Source: Rebecca billardiae RCC1528 (Eukaryota > Protista > Haptophyta). From it: a stretch of 64,000 nt of DNA. Shown in pieces: positions 25,123 to 35,959 of this stretch (its first letter is position 1; every line of letters starts with the position of its first letter). The stretch spans positions 248,001 through 312,000 of the forward strand of contig OZ251230.1 in NCBI GenBank assembly GCA_965240325.2. Reading direction: 5' to 3'. Under the pieces are notes generated by a model, which was given only the letters and a program-made list of their open reading frames with translations, searched no databases and was not told where the DNA came from. The position numbers and the translations under genes are program-made.

Positions 25123-26216
25123 TCAATATTGCGCTTCGTCATTGATGATGAAAGTTTTCCGCCGCGATTCCAATAATAATTCGTCGTTCGCGTTCAAACG
25201 AATGGCCGTCAAGCGTCGTCGCGCCGATTCGTCGGCGCGCGCGAGCGCGTCCTCGACGCCGATCGCGTACGCGACGTACAGCTGCGGCGTGAAGCACAGG
25301 TGCGTGCAGTCGCAGCACACGCGCCGCGTCCCCTTGCCCGCGAGCCCGAGCCGTGTGGCGCCGCCGCACATGTCGTCCGCGAGTGCATGTCGTGCCGCGG
25401 CGCGCTGAGCGCGTATGCCGGGACGATCGGCACGCGGCCGCGCGAGAGCTGCTGCGAGGCGTTCGCGAGCACACGGTTCGCCAGCAGCACGCGCTTCTCT
25501 CGCGCCGCGCTGCGCGAATGCGCCGCGCACGCGCACCTCGCCGACGCCCGCTCCGCGCCCGGCGTGTACGAGCCCGTGCCCGGGAAGTGCTGCGCGGTCG
25601 TCTCGCGCACGAGGGCCGTGGCGCCGCCGCCGTCGAGCTCGCGGAAGAGCGCGCGCATGTCGCGCTCGTACGAGCCGAGCGGCTTGTGCGCATAGTGCAG
25701 GCCGTAGTTCATCAAGAGTACGTCCGCTGCCTCGAGCAGCAGCCCGACGAGGTTCGCGTCGTACCTGCACGCGCCGAGGTAGACGACGGCCCCACCGCGG
25801 GCGGTGCCGAGCGCGAGCTTGCAGCACGTGACGCGGTGCCGCTTGCCCCACGCGCGCCACGTCTCGAGCGCCGCGCGGGTGCGCGCGCTGTCCTCAAGCT
25901 GCTCGCGCTGCACCGCGCAGCGGATGCCGCGGAAGTCGAGCCCGCTCGACGAATCTCCTGCGAGCACGAGTGTGCGGTTCCCGAGCCGGCGCACAAGCGC
26001 GGCGGTGCGCGCGTCCCCCTCGCGCATGCTGCCGAGGTTCGGGTCGTACGTCGGCCAGTCAGCGTAGCGCGTGCGCGTGGCGCAGTCATGCGCGCTGAGC
26101 AGCGCGCGGTTCTCCGCGCGCTCGTTGATCACTCAGGGTGGATTGCGGTCGCAGCTCACGAGCACGCGCGCGGGCGTTAGCGCTTGGTGCCCAGCGCGCC
26201 TCGACGACGGCCGCAT
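25123..26216 (-). pseudogene. SGNH/PC-esterase (TBL-like O-acetyltransferase/esterase), disrupted
   Basis: LAGDS, NYGLHY and RETTAQHF lie in one frame, DCTHLC in another (frameshift near 25383). In-frame TGA at 26133-26135 follows an ATG at 26216. Confidence 0.65.
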
Positions 26217-26703
26217 CGCGCTCGTGCCTGTCCGTGCTCCACCGGCGCAGGAGCGCGTCAAATGCTGGCGACTATCGCCGCCATCGTCGCAGTTGATCGT
26301 TATTGATTGGCGGTTCGTAATCTTGTGCCCGACTGACCAGCTGGAGAGCCGGGGAAATCATCGGTCAGCACCGTCGTGCACACCTGGACCACCGACCAGG
26401 CCCAGGGCCAGACACCTGTGCCCAGTCCGGCTGATGATTTCCCGTGCTGGGAACCGCGTGGTCCGAGTGCCGCAATCGCGCCGCCGCGAGGAACGCGGCT
26501 GAGTAATGGTGGTGGAGAGCTGTCGTGCACGACTCGACCGGCAAGGCGCTGGCAGCCATGCGACCGCTGGGAGGAGCACGTGCAGACGTGCTCACCACGA
26601 GCACGCATCAGCCGCAGGCATTTCAGAGTGAGGCAAGCGGCGGCAACAAGGCGACTCGAGGTGACCCTACAGCGCCGCTGCACTCACCAGCTGCTGAGAC
26701 CTA

Positions 26704-27804
26704 CTAGAAGAGCTTGAGGATGAGCTTGCCCGTGTTGGTGCCGTCGAAGAGGCGGTTCAGCGCGGGCAGGTAGTTCTCGATCCCCTCCTGGATGTCCTCC
26801 TTGTACTTGAGCCTGCCCTGGGCGATCAGCGCGCCCAGCTTGGCCTGCACGGCGGGCAGCTGCTCGGCGTGGTCGGTGCAGATGAAGCCCTTGAGCTGCA
26901 CGCGGCGGTGGAGCAGCATGTCGTACGACGCGAGGCCGAGCTCGCCCGAGTTGTACCCCGAGATCACGCCGCACAGCGCGAGCCGCATCCCGTTGTTCGC
27001 CACCTGCAGCACCGCCTCTGTCGTGACGCCGCCGGTGTTGTCAAAGTAGCCGTCCACGCCGCGCGGCGCGGCCGCGCGCAGGTCTGCGATCAGCTGCTCG
27101 CGCCCAACCTTGTAGTTGAGGGCGGCGTCGAAGCCGAGCTCGGTGGTCAGCCATTCCGCCTTCTCCGCCGTGCCCACCACGCCGATCACGCGCGCGCCCT
27201 TGAGCTTGGCGAGCTGGCCGGCGAGCGAGCCCACCGCCCCCGCGCCCGCCGAGACGACGACCGTGTCGCCCTCGGCGACCTCGAGCAGGTCGACGCCCAC
27301 CGAGGCGGTGAGGCCGATGACGAGGGAGAGGGCGGAGAGGTACGCGGTGACGGGCACGCTCGCGGTCGCCTCGGGCGGCAGCACGGCCGCCCCCTCCGCG
27401 CGCGAGGTGAGGTAGTAGTCCTGCACGCCGCCCACGCCGACCACGTGCGCGCCCACGGGCACGTCCTTGTCCTTCGAGGCCTCGACGACGCCGACGGTGA
27501 TCGCGCGCATCGGCTCGCCGAGCTCAACCGGCCCCCAGTACTGCGGTGCGTCGCCCATCCAGATCCGGTGCGTCGGGTCGAGCGAGGCGTACCGGTTGCG
27601 CACGAGCAGCTTGCCCTCCGCAACCGCCGGCTTCTCCCGCTCGACGAGCTCGAGGTTGGCGTCGGTGATCTCGGCGTCCGGCCGGCTGCGGAGGACGATG
27701 GCACGATTCACCGTCGGACACGAGCCGTCGCCCGCCGACGCCGACGCGCCGACTCGCAGCACGGCGGCGCACAGGAGCGCGAGCGATCGCGTGTGAGCCG
27801 ACAT
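26704..27804 (-). CDS. NADP-dependent alkenal/enone double-bond reductase (PTGR1/CurA-like MDR) with N-terminal signal peptide
   Basis: YASLDP..RIWM, VVVSAGAGAVGSLAGQLAK, GVDGYFDNTGG, LCGVISGYN, LFDGTNTGKL; MSAHTRSLALLCAAVL leader. Confidence 0.9.
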   Translation of the reverse strand: MSAHTRSLALLCAAVLRVGASASAGDGSCPTVNRAIVLRSRPDAEITDANLELVEREKPAVAEGKLLVRNRYASLDPTHRIWMGDAPQYWGPVELGEPMRAITVGVVEASKDKDVPVGAHVVGVGGVQDYYLTSRAEGAAVLPPEATASVPVTAYLSALSLVIGLTASVGVDLLEVAEGDTVVVSAGAGAVGSLAGQLAKLKGARVIGVVGTAEKAEWLTTELGFDAALNYKVGREQLIADLRAAAPRGVDGYFDNTGGVTTEAVLQVANNGMRLALCGVISGYNSGELGLASYDMLLHRRVQLKGFICTDHAEQLPAVQAKLGALIAQGRLKYKEDIQEGIENYLPALNRLFDGTNTGKLILKLF

Positions 27805-27937
27805 CGTGTTTGCCGCCGTTGACCGCCGTGACCGGCCGTGCGTGCGCAGGGCGCCGGCGTCGGAAATCATTTTACGCGGATATCGAGTCGTATCGCGCCA
27901 ATTCGTTATCATCTGCATGCAGATTCTTATTCGCGCG

Positions 27938-30045
27938 TCACCGCGGCGGAGTCCGGTTTGCGTTCGCACGGCGCGCGACGTGCTCGAGCAGCTCGGCCTC
28001 GGGGATCCAGTGGCCGTGGAAGCCGAAGGGCACGCGGACGCCGTCGGCGGCGAGCCTCGCGACTTCTGGGAGCGCACCGTCGCGCACCTCGCCGTCCAAC
28101 ACGACAAGCGCCGAGGCGTTCGCGCGCATGTCGTGCACCCACGAGAGCACCCACACGGCATCGGAGTCGGCCGCGCGGCCGGCCTCGGGGCGCTTGGGGC
28201 AGAGCACCGGCTCGCCTCCCGCCTCGCCGCCGCCATACGTGGTGGCTGAGACCAGCCGGCCGCCACCGGGCACGATCTCCCACTTGGCCACGCCGGTGAA
28301 GAGCGCGTCCCTGCCGCTCATGATCGCCGAGAAGCCCCACCTGTTGCCAGCACGGGTGGCGCGCGCGCGCGGTGGCGTGTCAGCGCGGCCGGCGCGGCGC
28401 ATGCGCTGGGCGCCGGCGGCACCAGCGCGCGGGCGCGCACCGCGCGTAGTGCCCGGCGTAGGCGGGGTGCACGCGCGGGAACTCAACGTTGAGCAGCCCG
28501 TCGGCCGCGCTCGCCTCGGGCTGGACGCGTCGCACCGTCGCCGTGCCGGCCGCCACATCCATCTCAACCTCGGACATTTCCCAGAAGTTCTTCATCCTCC
28601 TCTTCTGCTCAGAGTCCGGATCGCGCTCCGCCTCGCTCGGCGGTGAGCCTGGAGCGGGCATGCCGGGCTGGCTTTCCGCCGGGTCGTCGTCCGGCATGGC
28701 GTCGAGCGTGCCGTCAAAATCGCGCGCCACGGGCAGCCACAGGAACACCCTGCCCGCCTGCTCGGGCACATCCTCCGCGCCATCCCACGCGTTCAGCACG
28801 TGCACGAACGAGAGGGCCTCCCGTGCGCGCACCCAAGCGACGGCCGCGCCCGTAGTGGCGTTGCCGCCGCCGAGCGCGCTGCGCGGCACCAGGCCAAACA
28901 GCGCGCGGTGCTCGTCGCTGTGCGAGAAGACGCTGCCCGCGACGATGCCCTCCGGGGTGAAACGGATCGAGGGCACGAGCAGCACGAGCCGCGTGCGCGT
29001 GATCGCCATGTCGTGCGCGAACGCCGCGCTGCCACCACCCTCGAGCTCGGGCACAAACTCGAAGGTGGCTGAGGGCAGCTCGACCGGCCGCGCGCCGCTG
29101 CCGCCCGCAGCGCCTCCGGTCGCCGCCTCCGACCGGAGCGCGCCGTACATGAGCGGCGGCAGGTCGGGGCTGAACGAGTAGCCGTGCAGCAGCACCTCGC
29201 CGCTCTCGCCGTCCACCTTCGGGTGCGCCGACACGGGGTACCCCAGCCGCCCGCCAAAGTCGACGAAACCGAGCGACTCGACGGCGCCGCCCTCTGCCGA
29301 GAGCGCGAGCTCAAACGGCAGGCTGCCCTCGTGCAGCGCAAACACGCGGCCGCCCCACGAGCTGACGGCGGTGTTCGCCTGGCCGACGGTGAGCGGGGTG
29401 AGCCCGGCCAGCCTGGGCTTGGGCGAGATGAGCAGCACCTTGAGCAGGCCGACCACGCCGCTCAGCTCGCCGATGCCCCCGAAGAAGTCGCGGCCGAGCT
29501 GCCGCTCGAGCAGGTAGCGCGGCGTGCGCAGCCACGCGTTGGAGTACGCGGCGGTACGCTCGGAGCCGTGGAGGCGGACGGCGTGGACCATTCCGTGACC
29601 TGTGCGCACCGCGCCGTCGCGAGCACCGGAGGGGGCGCGGGGGGGGGGGGGGGGGGGGGGAGCAGAGAGTCGGACCGCGTGGGGTGCGAGCATCCCGCGC
29701 CGCGCGGTACCGCGCACCGTCAAACCAGTGCGCGCGCTTGGTGAAGCCATGCCCGACGATCGGGTTTGGGCCCGTGCGCAGGAACACGCCGCGTAGAGTG
29801 TCAGGCACGGCGCCGTGCCGCACGACCAGCGGCACCGCGGAGAGCTCGGCAGACACCGGCGCGTAGTTGCCAAGCAAGTAGCGGTTGCGCACGTTGAAGC
29901 TGCGCCCGTCCTGGAGCCAGTCAAGCGCGCGGTCGACCGCGTCATTGAGTGGCAGGCACAGCATGACCAGCACGGCCGCAGCCGCTACGAGCAGCGCAGG
30001 GCAAGCCGCCACCACCCCGCGCCATGCCCAGCGCTTCAGGCCCAT
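27938..30045 (-). CDS. Carotenoid cleavage dioxygenase (RPE65/CCD family) with N-terminal hydrophobic anchor
   Basis: GNYAPV, RTGPNP, spliced HWFDGHGMVH, SAHPKVD, AHDMAIT, FVHVLNAW, EFPRV, GGEPV, PFGFHG: four Fe-ligand His present. Introns 29717-29600 and 28440-28341. Confidence 0.92.
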
Positions 30046-30335
30046 CTTTTGTAGCGCGTCCGTGGCGGACTGCGCCCGGTCCGTCGACGGTCGGGAGTTT
30101 GCACCTTGACGCCCGCCGCGCGCAACTTTGACCAGTGCTGAGAGCCGATCGAGAATTTTGACGAAGAATCAAGCCCGGAGTGGCGGAGTCCACTGATGGA
30201 GCCGTCGCACGGTACCAGCCAGCCGAAATGCCATCAGCTTCGTGCACGGCCCTTGCTTCGTGTTCCGGTGTGGTGGGCAAAATAATCGCGGCTCGGAAGC
30301 ACTCAAGAGAACTCCTGCCCTACTGGCTACTGGTC

Positions 30336-30493
30336 ACTTCGGCGAGTCCAACTACTACTAACTTCGGCGAGTCCAACTACTACTAACTCAGGCGAGTCCA
30401 ACTACTACTACCTGCGGCGAGTCCAACTACTACCAACTTCGGCGAGTCCAACTACTACTAACTCAGGCAAGTCCAACTACTACTAACTTCGGC
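30336..30493 (+). repeat. 25-nt minisatellite ACTTCGGCGAGTCCAACTACTACTA x6 plus partial
   Basis: Units start at 30336, 30361, 30386, 30411, 30436 and 30461; no spacers. Confidence 0.95.
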
Positions 30494-30593
30494 CACAACA
30501 TCATCCACCAGCTGCTGACCAAGAACAGGCTACACCATCGTCCACCATGACCTGCCACTGACCAAGTAGGCGACGACATCATCCGCACCAGCT

Positions 30594-31055
30594 GCTGACC
30601 AAGTAGGGGACGGCCTGGCCGACGCCAACATGCTCACTCGCCTTTGATTTCGTACCCATGCACTTTCTGGTGGGCCTGACGACGTCCGGACGACGACAAC
30701 AACGACATCCGCCATGGGGACCAACATCAACGCGCTCACACCACTGCAACTGCTGCAAGCTTCGACCAGTACCACTACAGACGAATCAGGAGAGCTGCGC
30801 CCTCGTGCCTGGCTGACCAAGTAGGGGACGGCCTGGCCGACGCCAACATGCTCACTCGCCTTTGATTTCGTACCCATGCACTTCCTGGTGGGCCTGAGCC
30901 CTGACGACGTCCGGACGACGACAACAACGACATCCGCCATGGGGACCAACATCAACGCGCTCACACCACTGCAACTGCTGCAAGCTTCGACCAGTACCAC
31001 TACAGACGAATCAGGAGAGCTGCGCCCTCGTGCCTGTGTCTTTAAATCATAGAAT
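30594..31055 (+). repeat. Tandem duplication (218 and 225 nt) ending in dispersed repeat A
   Basis: Copy 1 at 30594-30811, copy 2 at 30812-31036 with a 7-nt insertion, then TGTCTTTAAATCATAGAAT. Confidence 0.92.
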
Positions 31056-31175
31056 TGGTCAGCAAGGCCCTTGCTACTGGGCACTAACTTGGTCACTGGG
31101 CATGGCCGCCGCAGCCGCCATCGTGGTTTTTGGCCTGAGTCATCCCGATCGTCCATCGGCAAGTCGCTCAGCACG

Positions 31176-31832
31176 ATGCGCGTGCCGCGCGTCTGGGCCG
31201 GAGGTGTGGCGCGCGTGGTGAAGGAGAAGGCGCCGTCGCCCGGGCCGCGGTTGTGGCACCTCGTCGATGCGCGTGCGCAGGTACGCCGCGCGTCGCGCGG
31301 CGCCATGCCCGCGCGGCCCTGCGCACGCCTCACGCACGAGCGACTGCGCAACCGTGCGCGCGCCGCGCAGATCGTCGGCCGGCTCGCAAAGAACGTTGCG
31401 GAGCTGCTGGTGGGCAAGCACAAGCCGACGCACGTGCCACGACTGGATGGAGGGGACCACGTCGTCGTGATCAACGCCGCTGAGGTCGAGTTCACCGGGC
31501 GCAAGTGGAAGCAGAAAATGTATTATTACCACTCCGGATGGATGGGCAACCTGAAGGAGACCGTGGCCAAGGACTTGCGCCGCAAGTTCCCCGAGCGCGT
31601 GCTCGAGTACGCAGTAAAGGGCATGCTGCCCAAGAACAAGCTGCGCAAGCAGCGGATGATGCGGCTGCACGTCTTCCCCGGCGAGGAGCACACGTGCGAG
31701 GCGGAGTTGGCTGAGAGCTACACGCTGTTCCCGAATCGCTGGCAGCTCGGCGTGAAGCCCAAGGAGTGGTACCCAAAGCTCGAGCTCCCGGCGCCGCGGC
31801 CCGGCGGGGCTGAAAAGGCGGGGTCGAGCTGA
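31176..31832 (+). CDS. rplM: Bacterial-type ribosomal protein uL13, probably mitochondrial
   Basis: WHLVDA, VGRLA, GKHKP, GDHVVVINA, YYHSGW.G, AVKGMLPKN. Intron 31281-31370. Confidence 0.93.
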   Translation: MRVPRVWAGGVARVVKEKAPSPGPRLWHLVDARAQVRRASRGAMPARPCARLTHERLRNRARAAQIVGRLAKNVAELLVGKHKPTHVPRLDGGDHVVVINAAEVEFTGRKWKQKMYYYHSGWMGNLKETVAKDLRRKFPERVLEYAVKGMLPKNKLRKQRMMRLHVFPGEEHTCEAELAESYTLFPNRWQLGVKPKEWYPKLELPAPRPGGAEKAGSS

Positions 31833-32135
31833 GCGACGTCCGTCGGAGCGGACGGCTGGACATACTACATAGACGATGTCAGGCTTCGGACAGTGCGCCG
31901 ACGACGACGACGGCAGGCTCAGCGTTTTCGTTATTGCAGAATTCATCGGAATTCATCAGGACGCGAATTGAGAATACAGTAAGCGCAGCAGAAAAGGCCT
32001 CGCTCATCCGGATCAGCGGACGGCGGACCGGGACCCCCTTGGACCGGGCATGGACAAGTCGCGATCGCGACCGGCCGCCGTGCGGCAGGAACCACCAGCC
32101 AAACTTGCATCACACCCCGCCCGACGCTGCGACGC

Positions 32136-33074
32136 ATGGGAACCCACGGCTACCTCGGGAACGCGGAGTGGGCAAGACCCACCTGCGCGGTGCACAGTGA
32201 CGACCTCGCGCGTCCCGGCTACATCTCCGAGAGCGCCTCGGAGTACCTCGACCAGCCCGACGTGCTCGCGGCCAAGGTCTCGCTGCTGGCAGAACTCGTG
32301 CGACGCTCCAGCAACCTCGTCGCGTACACGGGCGCCGGGCTGAGCACTTCGAGCGGGATCGGTGACTACGCGTCGAGGGCGAAGGGAACGCTCGCGGTGC
32401 ACTGGGACACGCCCTCGAGCTCGAAGAAGGCTGCGCCGCTGAGCGCGCGGCCACCGACGCGCGCGCATCGTGTGCTCGCCGCGCTCGAGCGAGCCGGCGC
32501 GGTGCAGCAGTGGGTCAACCAAAACCATGACGGCCTAGCGCAGAAGGCGACCTTCCCACAGTCGAAGCTCATCGAGATCCACGGGTCCTGGTTCGATCCG
32601 CGCAATCCCGTCGTCAAGATGAATGGCGCGCTCCGCTCTGACCTGTACGCGCGCATGCGCTCCTGGGCGCGCAAGGCGGACGTCGTGCTCGCGCTCGGCA
32701 CGTCGCTCTCGGGGCTGGCGTCCGACTGCGTCGCGGAGGAGTGCGCGAAGCGCGCCATCCAAGGCCGGGCATGCGCCGCGGCTGGCGCCCCCCCCGCGGC
32801 CGGCCTTGTGATCGTCTCGCTGCAGCGCACGCGCCTCGACTCGTCGGCGGCGCTGCGCATCTACGCGCGCCTCGACGAGACGCTCGACCTCCTGGCACGC
32901 GAGCTCGAGATTGGTGACGTGCCCACGGACGCTGAGGTGGCCGCCGCGTCGCGCGACCCGTCCAAGTGGTACACGTACGACCCCGCCGATCGCACGTGGA
33001 CGCGCGAGACACGGCAGGAGTGCCTCGAGCGCGCCCAGCCGTCACGAGCGGCCGCGGCACGGGCATCGCGCTGA
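32136..33074 (+). CDS. Sir2-family NAD-dependent deacylase (SIRT6/7-like) lacking Zn-binding cysteines
   Basis: YTGAGLSTSSGIGDY, NQNHDGL, EIHG, LGTSL, IVSLQRT. Confidence 0.9.
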   Translation: MGTHGYLGNAEWARPTCAVHSDDLARPGYISESASEYLDQPDVLAAKVSLLAELVRRSSNLVAYTGAGLSTSSGIGDYASRAKGTLAVHWDTPSSSKKAAPLSARPPTRAHRVLAALERAGAVQQWVNQNHDGLAQKATFPQSKLIEIHGSWFDPRNPVVKMNGALRSDLYARMRSWARKADVVLALGTSLSGLASDCVAEECAKRAIQGRACAAAGAPPAAGLVIVSLQRTRLDSSAALRIYARLDETLDLLARELEIGDVPTDAEVAAASRDPSKWYTYDPADRTWTRETRQECLERAQPSRAAAARASR

Positions 33075-33515
33075 GGATCGCCGCGTGGGGACTGGTCACC
33101 GCCGCGGGGACTGGTCACCGCCGGCGCGAAACGAGCGCGCGCCTAGGGCGTGCTGCTCGCGTCAAAGTCGGTGTGCGGACGGACCACCGGGGGGCCGCCC
33201 GACGAGCGACGGACTGATGACGGAGTCAGTCGGTATGATAGCTCAATTCATTTGTATCGAGCTCACAATCGGTGATGAGTGGCTTTTCCTTATTCCTATC
33301 GGTTCGGGGCCTGTCGCTGACCAAGGGGGGCGGGCGATTGTATTGATATCAGAGCCTGATAAGAACACCTTTTGAAAATCGAGCTCATCTAGCTACCCAT
33401 ACACTCACCCTCGCGCTCTGATTGGCTCTGGCGAAGCGGCTGCGCGGCGGCCGGGGCCGCCGCAGCCCCGCAGGGTCGAGGTCTCGGCAGGCACGCGCAC
33501 GCAAACACACTCAAC

Positions 33516-35397
33516 ATGCGCTCGGCGGTGCTTGCGCGCATCGCGAGGGCCTCCGCCCCGCCGCTGCCCCCGGCGCTTGCCCGCGGCGCCCGTGCAGCGA
33601 GCACGGCAGCGACGGCGACTTCCCAGGAGGTCGACTGGACCGCCCTCCGCCCGAGCGTGCACGCGCCACCGTCGGCGCCCGACGCGGGCGCGAGCTCGGA
33701 TCGTTCGCTCCACGCGGGGAACATGTCGCAGAAGCTACGCGCGATGGAGTACGCCGTGCGCGGGGTGGTGCCGAAGCGCGCCGAGGAGCTCGAGGCGAAG
33801 CTGCGCGCCGGCGAGACCCTGCCCTTCTCCGAGATCACGTACGCGCACAACGGCAACCCGCACAAGGTGGGCCAGCCGCCCATCACCTTCTTCCGGCAGG
33901 TGCTGGCGCTGTGCGACCTGCCGCCCGAGTACGGCATCGAGCACCCGATGGCGACGTCGATCTTCGCGCCCGACGCCATCGCGCGCGCCAAGGAGATCCA
34001 CGCCAGCATCGGCGACGGCGGCACGGGCGCGTACACGCACTCGCAGGGCGTGCCCGCGTTCCGGCAGGACGTGGCCGACTTTGTGACGGCGCGCGACGGG
34101 CACAAGGCGGACCCGGACGCCTTCTACCTGACGAGCGGCGCGAGCTCGGCGATCCACATGCTGCTCACCGCCGTGGTCAACCACCCGGACGATGCGGTCC
34201 TCATCCCGATCCCCCAGTACCCGCTGTACTCTGCGACGCTCGCGCTGCTCGGCGCGCACCAGGCGGGCTACCACCTCGACGAGTCGGCGGACTGGTCGGT
34301 CACGGCGGAGCGGCTGGAGCGCGCGCTGGACGAGTCGCGCGCGCGGGGCCACAACCCGCGCGCGTGCGTGATCATCAACCCGGGCAACCCCACCGGCGAG
34401 GTCTTCAGCCGCGGCGTGCTGCAGGACGTGATCCGCGTGTGCGTGCGGCACAAGCTGCTGCTGCTCGCAGACGAAGTCTACCAGGAAAATGTGTACGCGG
34501 GGGAGGGCTTCGTCTCGGCGCGGCAGGCGGCGCTGGACATGGGGCCCGAGGCGGCCTCGCTCGAGCTCGTCTCGTTCCACTCGACGAGCAAGGGCTTCGT
34601 CGGCGAGTGCGGCCGACGCGGCGGTTACATGGAGCTCCACAACATTGTACGACACGCGGCGCGCACGGGAGGAGCGCCCGCTGTGGCGCCTCCGCTTGCC
34701 TCGCGCACGCGCGGGCTCACGCGCGGGCTCGCGCCCCCCCGCCGCCCCGCGCCGCCCCGCGCCGCCCGCCCCCTCCCTGCCCCGCAGGACCCGTACGTGC
34801 AGTCGCAGCTCTTCAAGCTCGCCTCGTCCAAGCTGTGCTCGGGTGTGCCGGGCCAGGCGATGACTTCGCTCATGGTGCGGCCGCCGCAGAAGGGCGACCC
34901 GTCGTACGAGCTGTACGCCGCGGAGGTGGGCACGATCCTGGAGGGCCTCGCGGCCAAGGCCAAGCTGCTCGTCGACGGCCTCAACTCCATCGACGGCTTC
35001 TCGTGCAGGGAGGCGAAGGGCGCCATGTACGCGTTCCCCTCGGTGGAGCTGCCCGCGCGCGCGTGGAGCGCGGCCGAGGAGCAGGGCGTGAGCGTGGACG
35101 TGCTGTACGCGCTCTCGCTGCTCGAGACGACGGGCGTGTGCGTCGTGCCCGCCTCGGGCTTCGGGCAGGTGCGCGCCGCGCGCGCCGCGTCTCCGCCGCG
35201 CGCGCGCGCACGCCCGGCCGAGCCCGCCAGCGCATGCTCCTTGACGTCGCCCCACTTGGCGCCCGTGCGCACGCTCGCAGGCGGATGGGCGTGTCGGCTT
35301 CCGAACCACCTTCCTGCCCTCGGCGGGGGCGCTCGAGACCGCGGTCGAGCAATTCCGGCGGCACCACGAGCACTTCTGCAGGGAGTACGCGGACTGA
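33516..35397 (+). CDS. Alanine aminotransferase / glutamate:glyoxylate aminotransferase, probably organelle-targeted
   Basis: EYAVRG, GAYTHSQG, PIPQYPLYSA, INPGNPTG, ADEVYQENVY, SFHSTSKG..GECGRRGGY. Introns 34647-34787 and 35169-35280. Confidence 0.94.
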
Positions 35398-35864
35398 GGC
35401 GCGCGCGCAGATGGCGCTCGGATCAGCGCCATCGCGCTATTCGAGCGCTGAATCATCAGCCACTAATATTGCCAACGCCAACGGACGACATCGGTTGGTG
35501 CCCTGAAATTCGGCATTCCAGGGGCGTTCCCCGCACCGGTCATACGCCAAATCGAACCGCGTTCAGACTATTGAAATATATATGGCGGGCGGCTTCCTCT
35601 AGATCGGTAACTAGCGCGCGGGTAAGACTAAGACTAGTAAGAGCCAGAGGGTTCATCCGTGAGACTGATCGGATACCGCCGCGGCATTATATTCGCCACC
35701 GCGGTGGCGGCGCGCGCGCGTCGACGCCAGACGGTGCGTCGAGCTTCCGCTCGGCGATGGAGTGATGGGCGACTACGAGGGGGGGGGGGACGACGGCGAG
35801 GAGCGCTGATCCTGGTGTTTGTCTCTGCTGCTCGATCTACAGCTTGCTGACTCTGACGCCTGCC

Positions 35865-35881
35865 CGTTGCATACCACGTCG

Positions 35882-35956
<75 letters not shown>
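35865..35956. repeat. 20-nt motif abutting a long (TA)n microsatellite
   Basis: CGTTGCATACCACGTCGTTA then about 70 nt of (AT)n. Confidence 0.9.

Positions 35957-35959
<3 letters not shown>

Noticed and set aside
26133-26135. Selenocysteine TGA
   Set aside because: No redox motif, no SECIS recognised, and the gene also has a frameshift.
29639-29660. G22 run as a functional G-quadruplex
   Set aside because: Intronic homopolymer of unreliable length with no supporting evidence.
30336-30493. CRISPR-like array
   Set aside because: Head-to-tail 25-mers with no spacers, no cas genes and a eukaryotic context.
30530-31504. 324-aa minus-strand ORF with duplicated peptide
   Set aside because: Antisense to uL13 and a translation of the tandem repeat.
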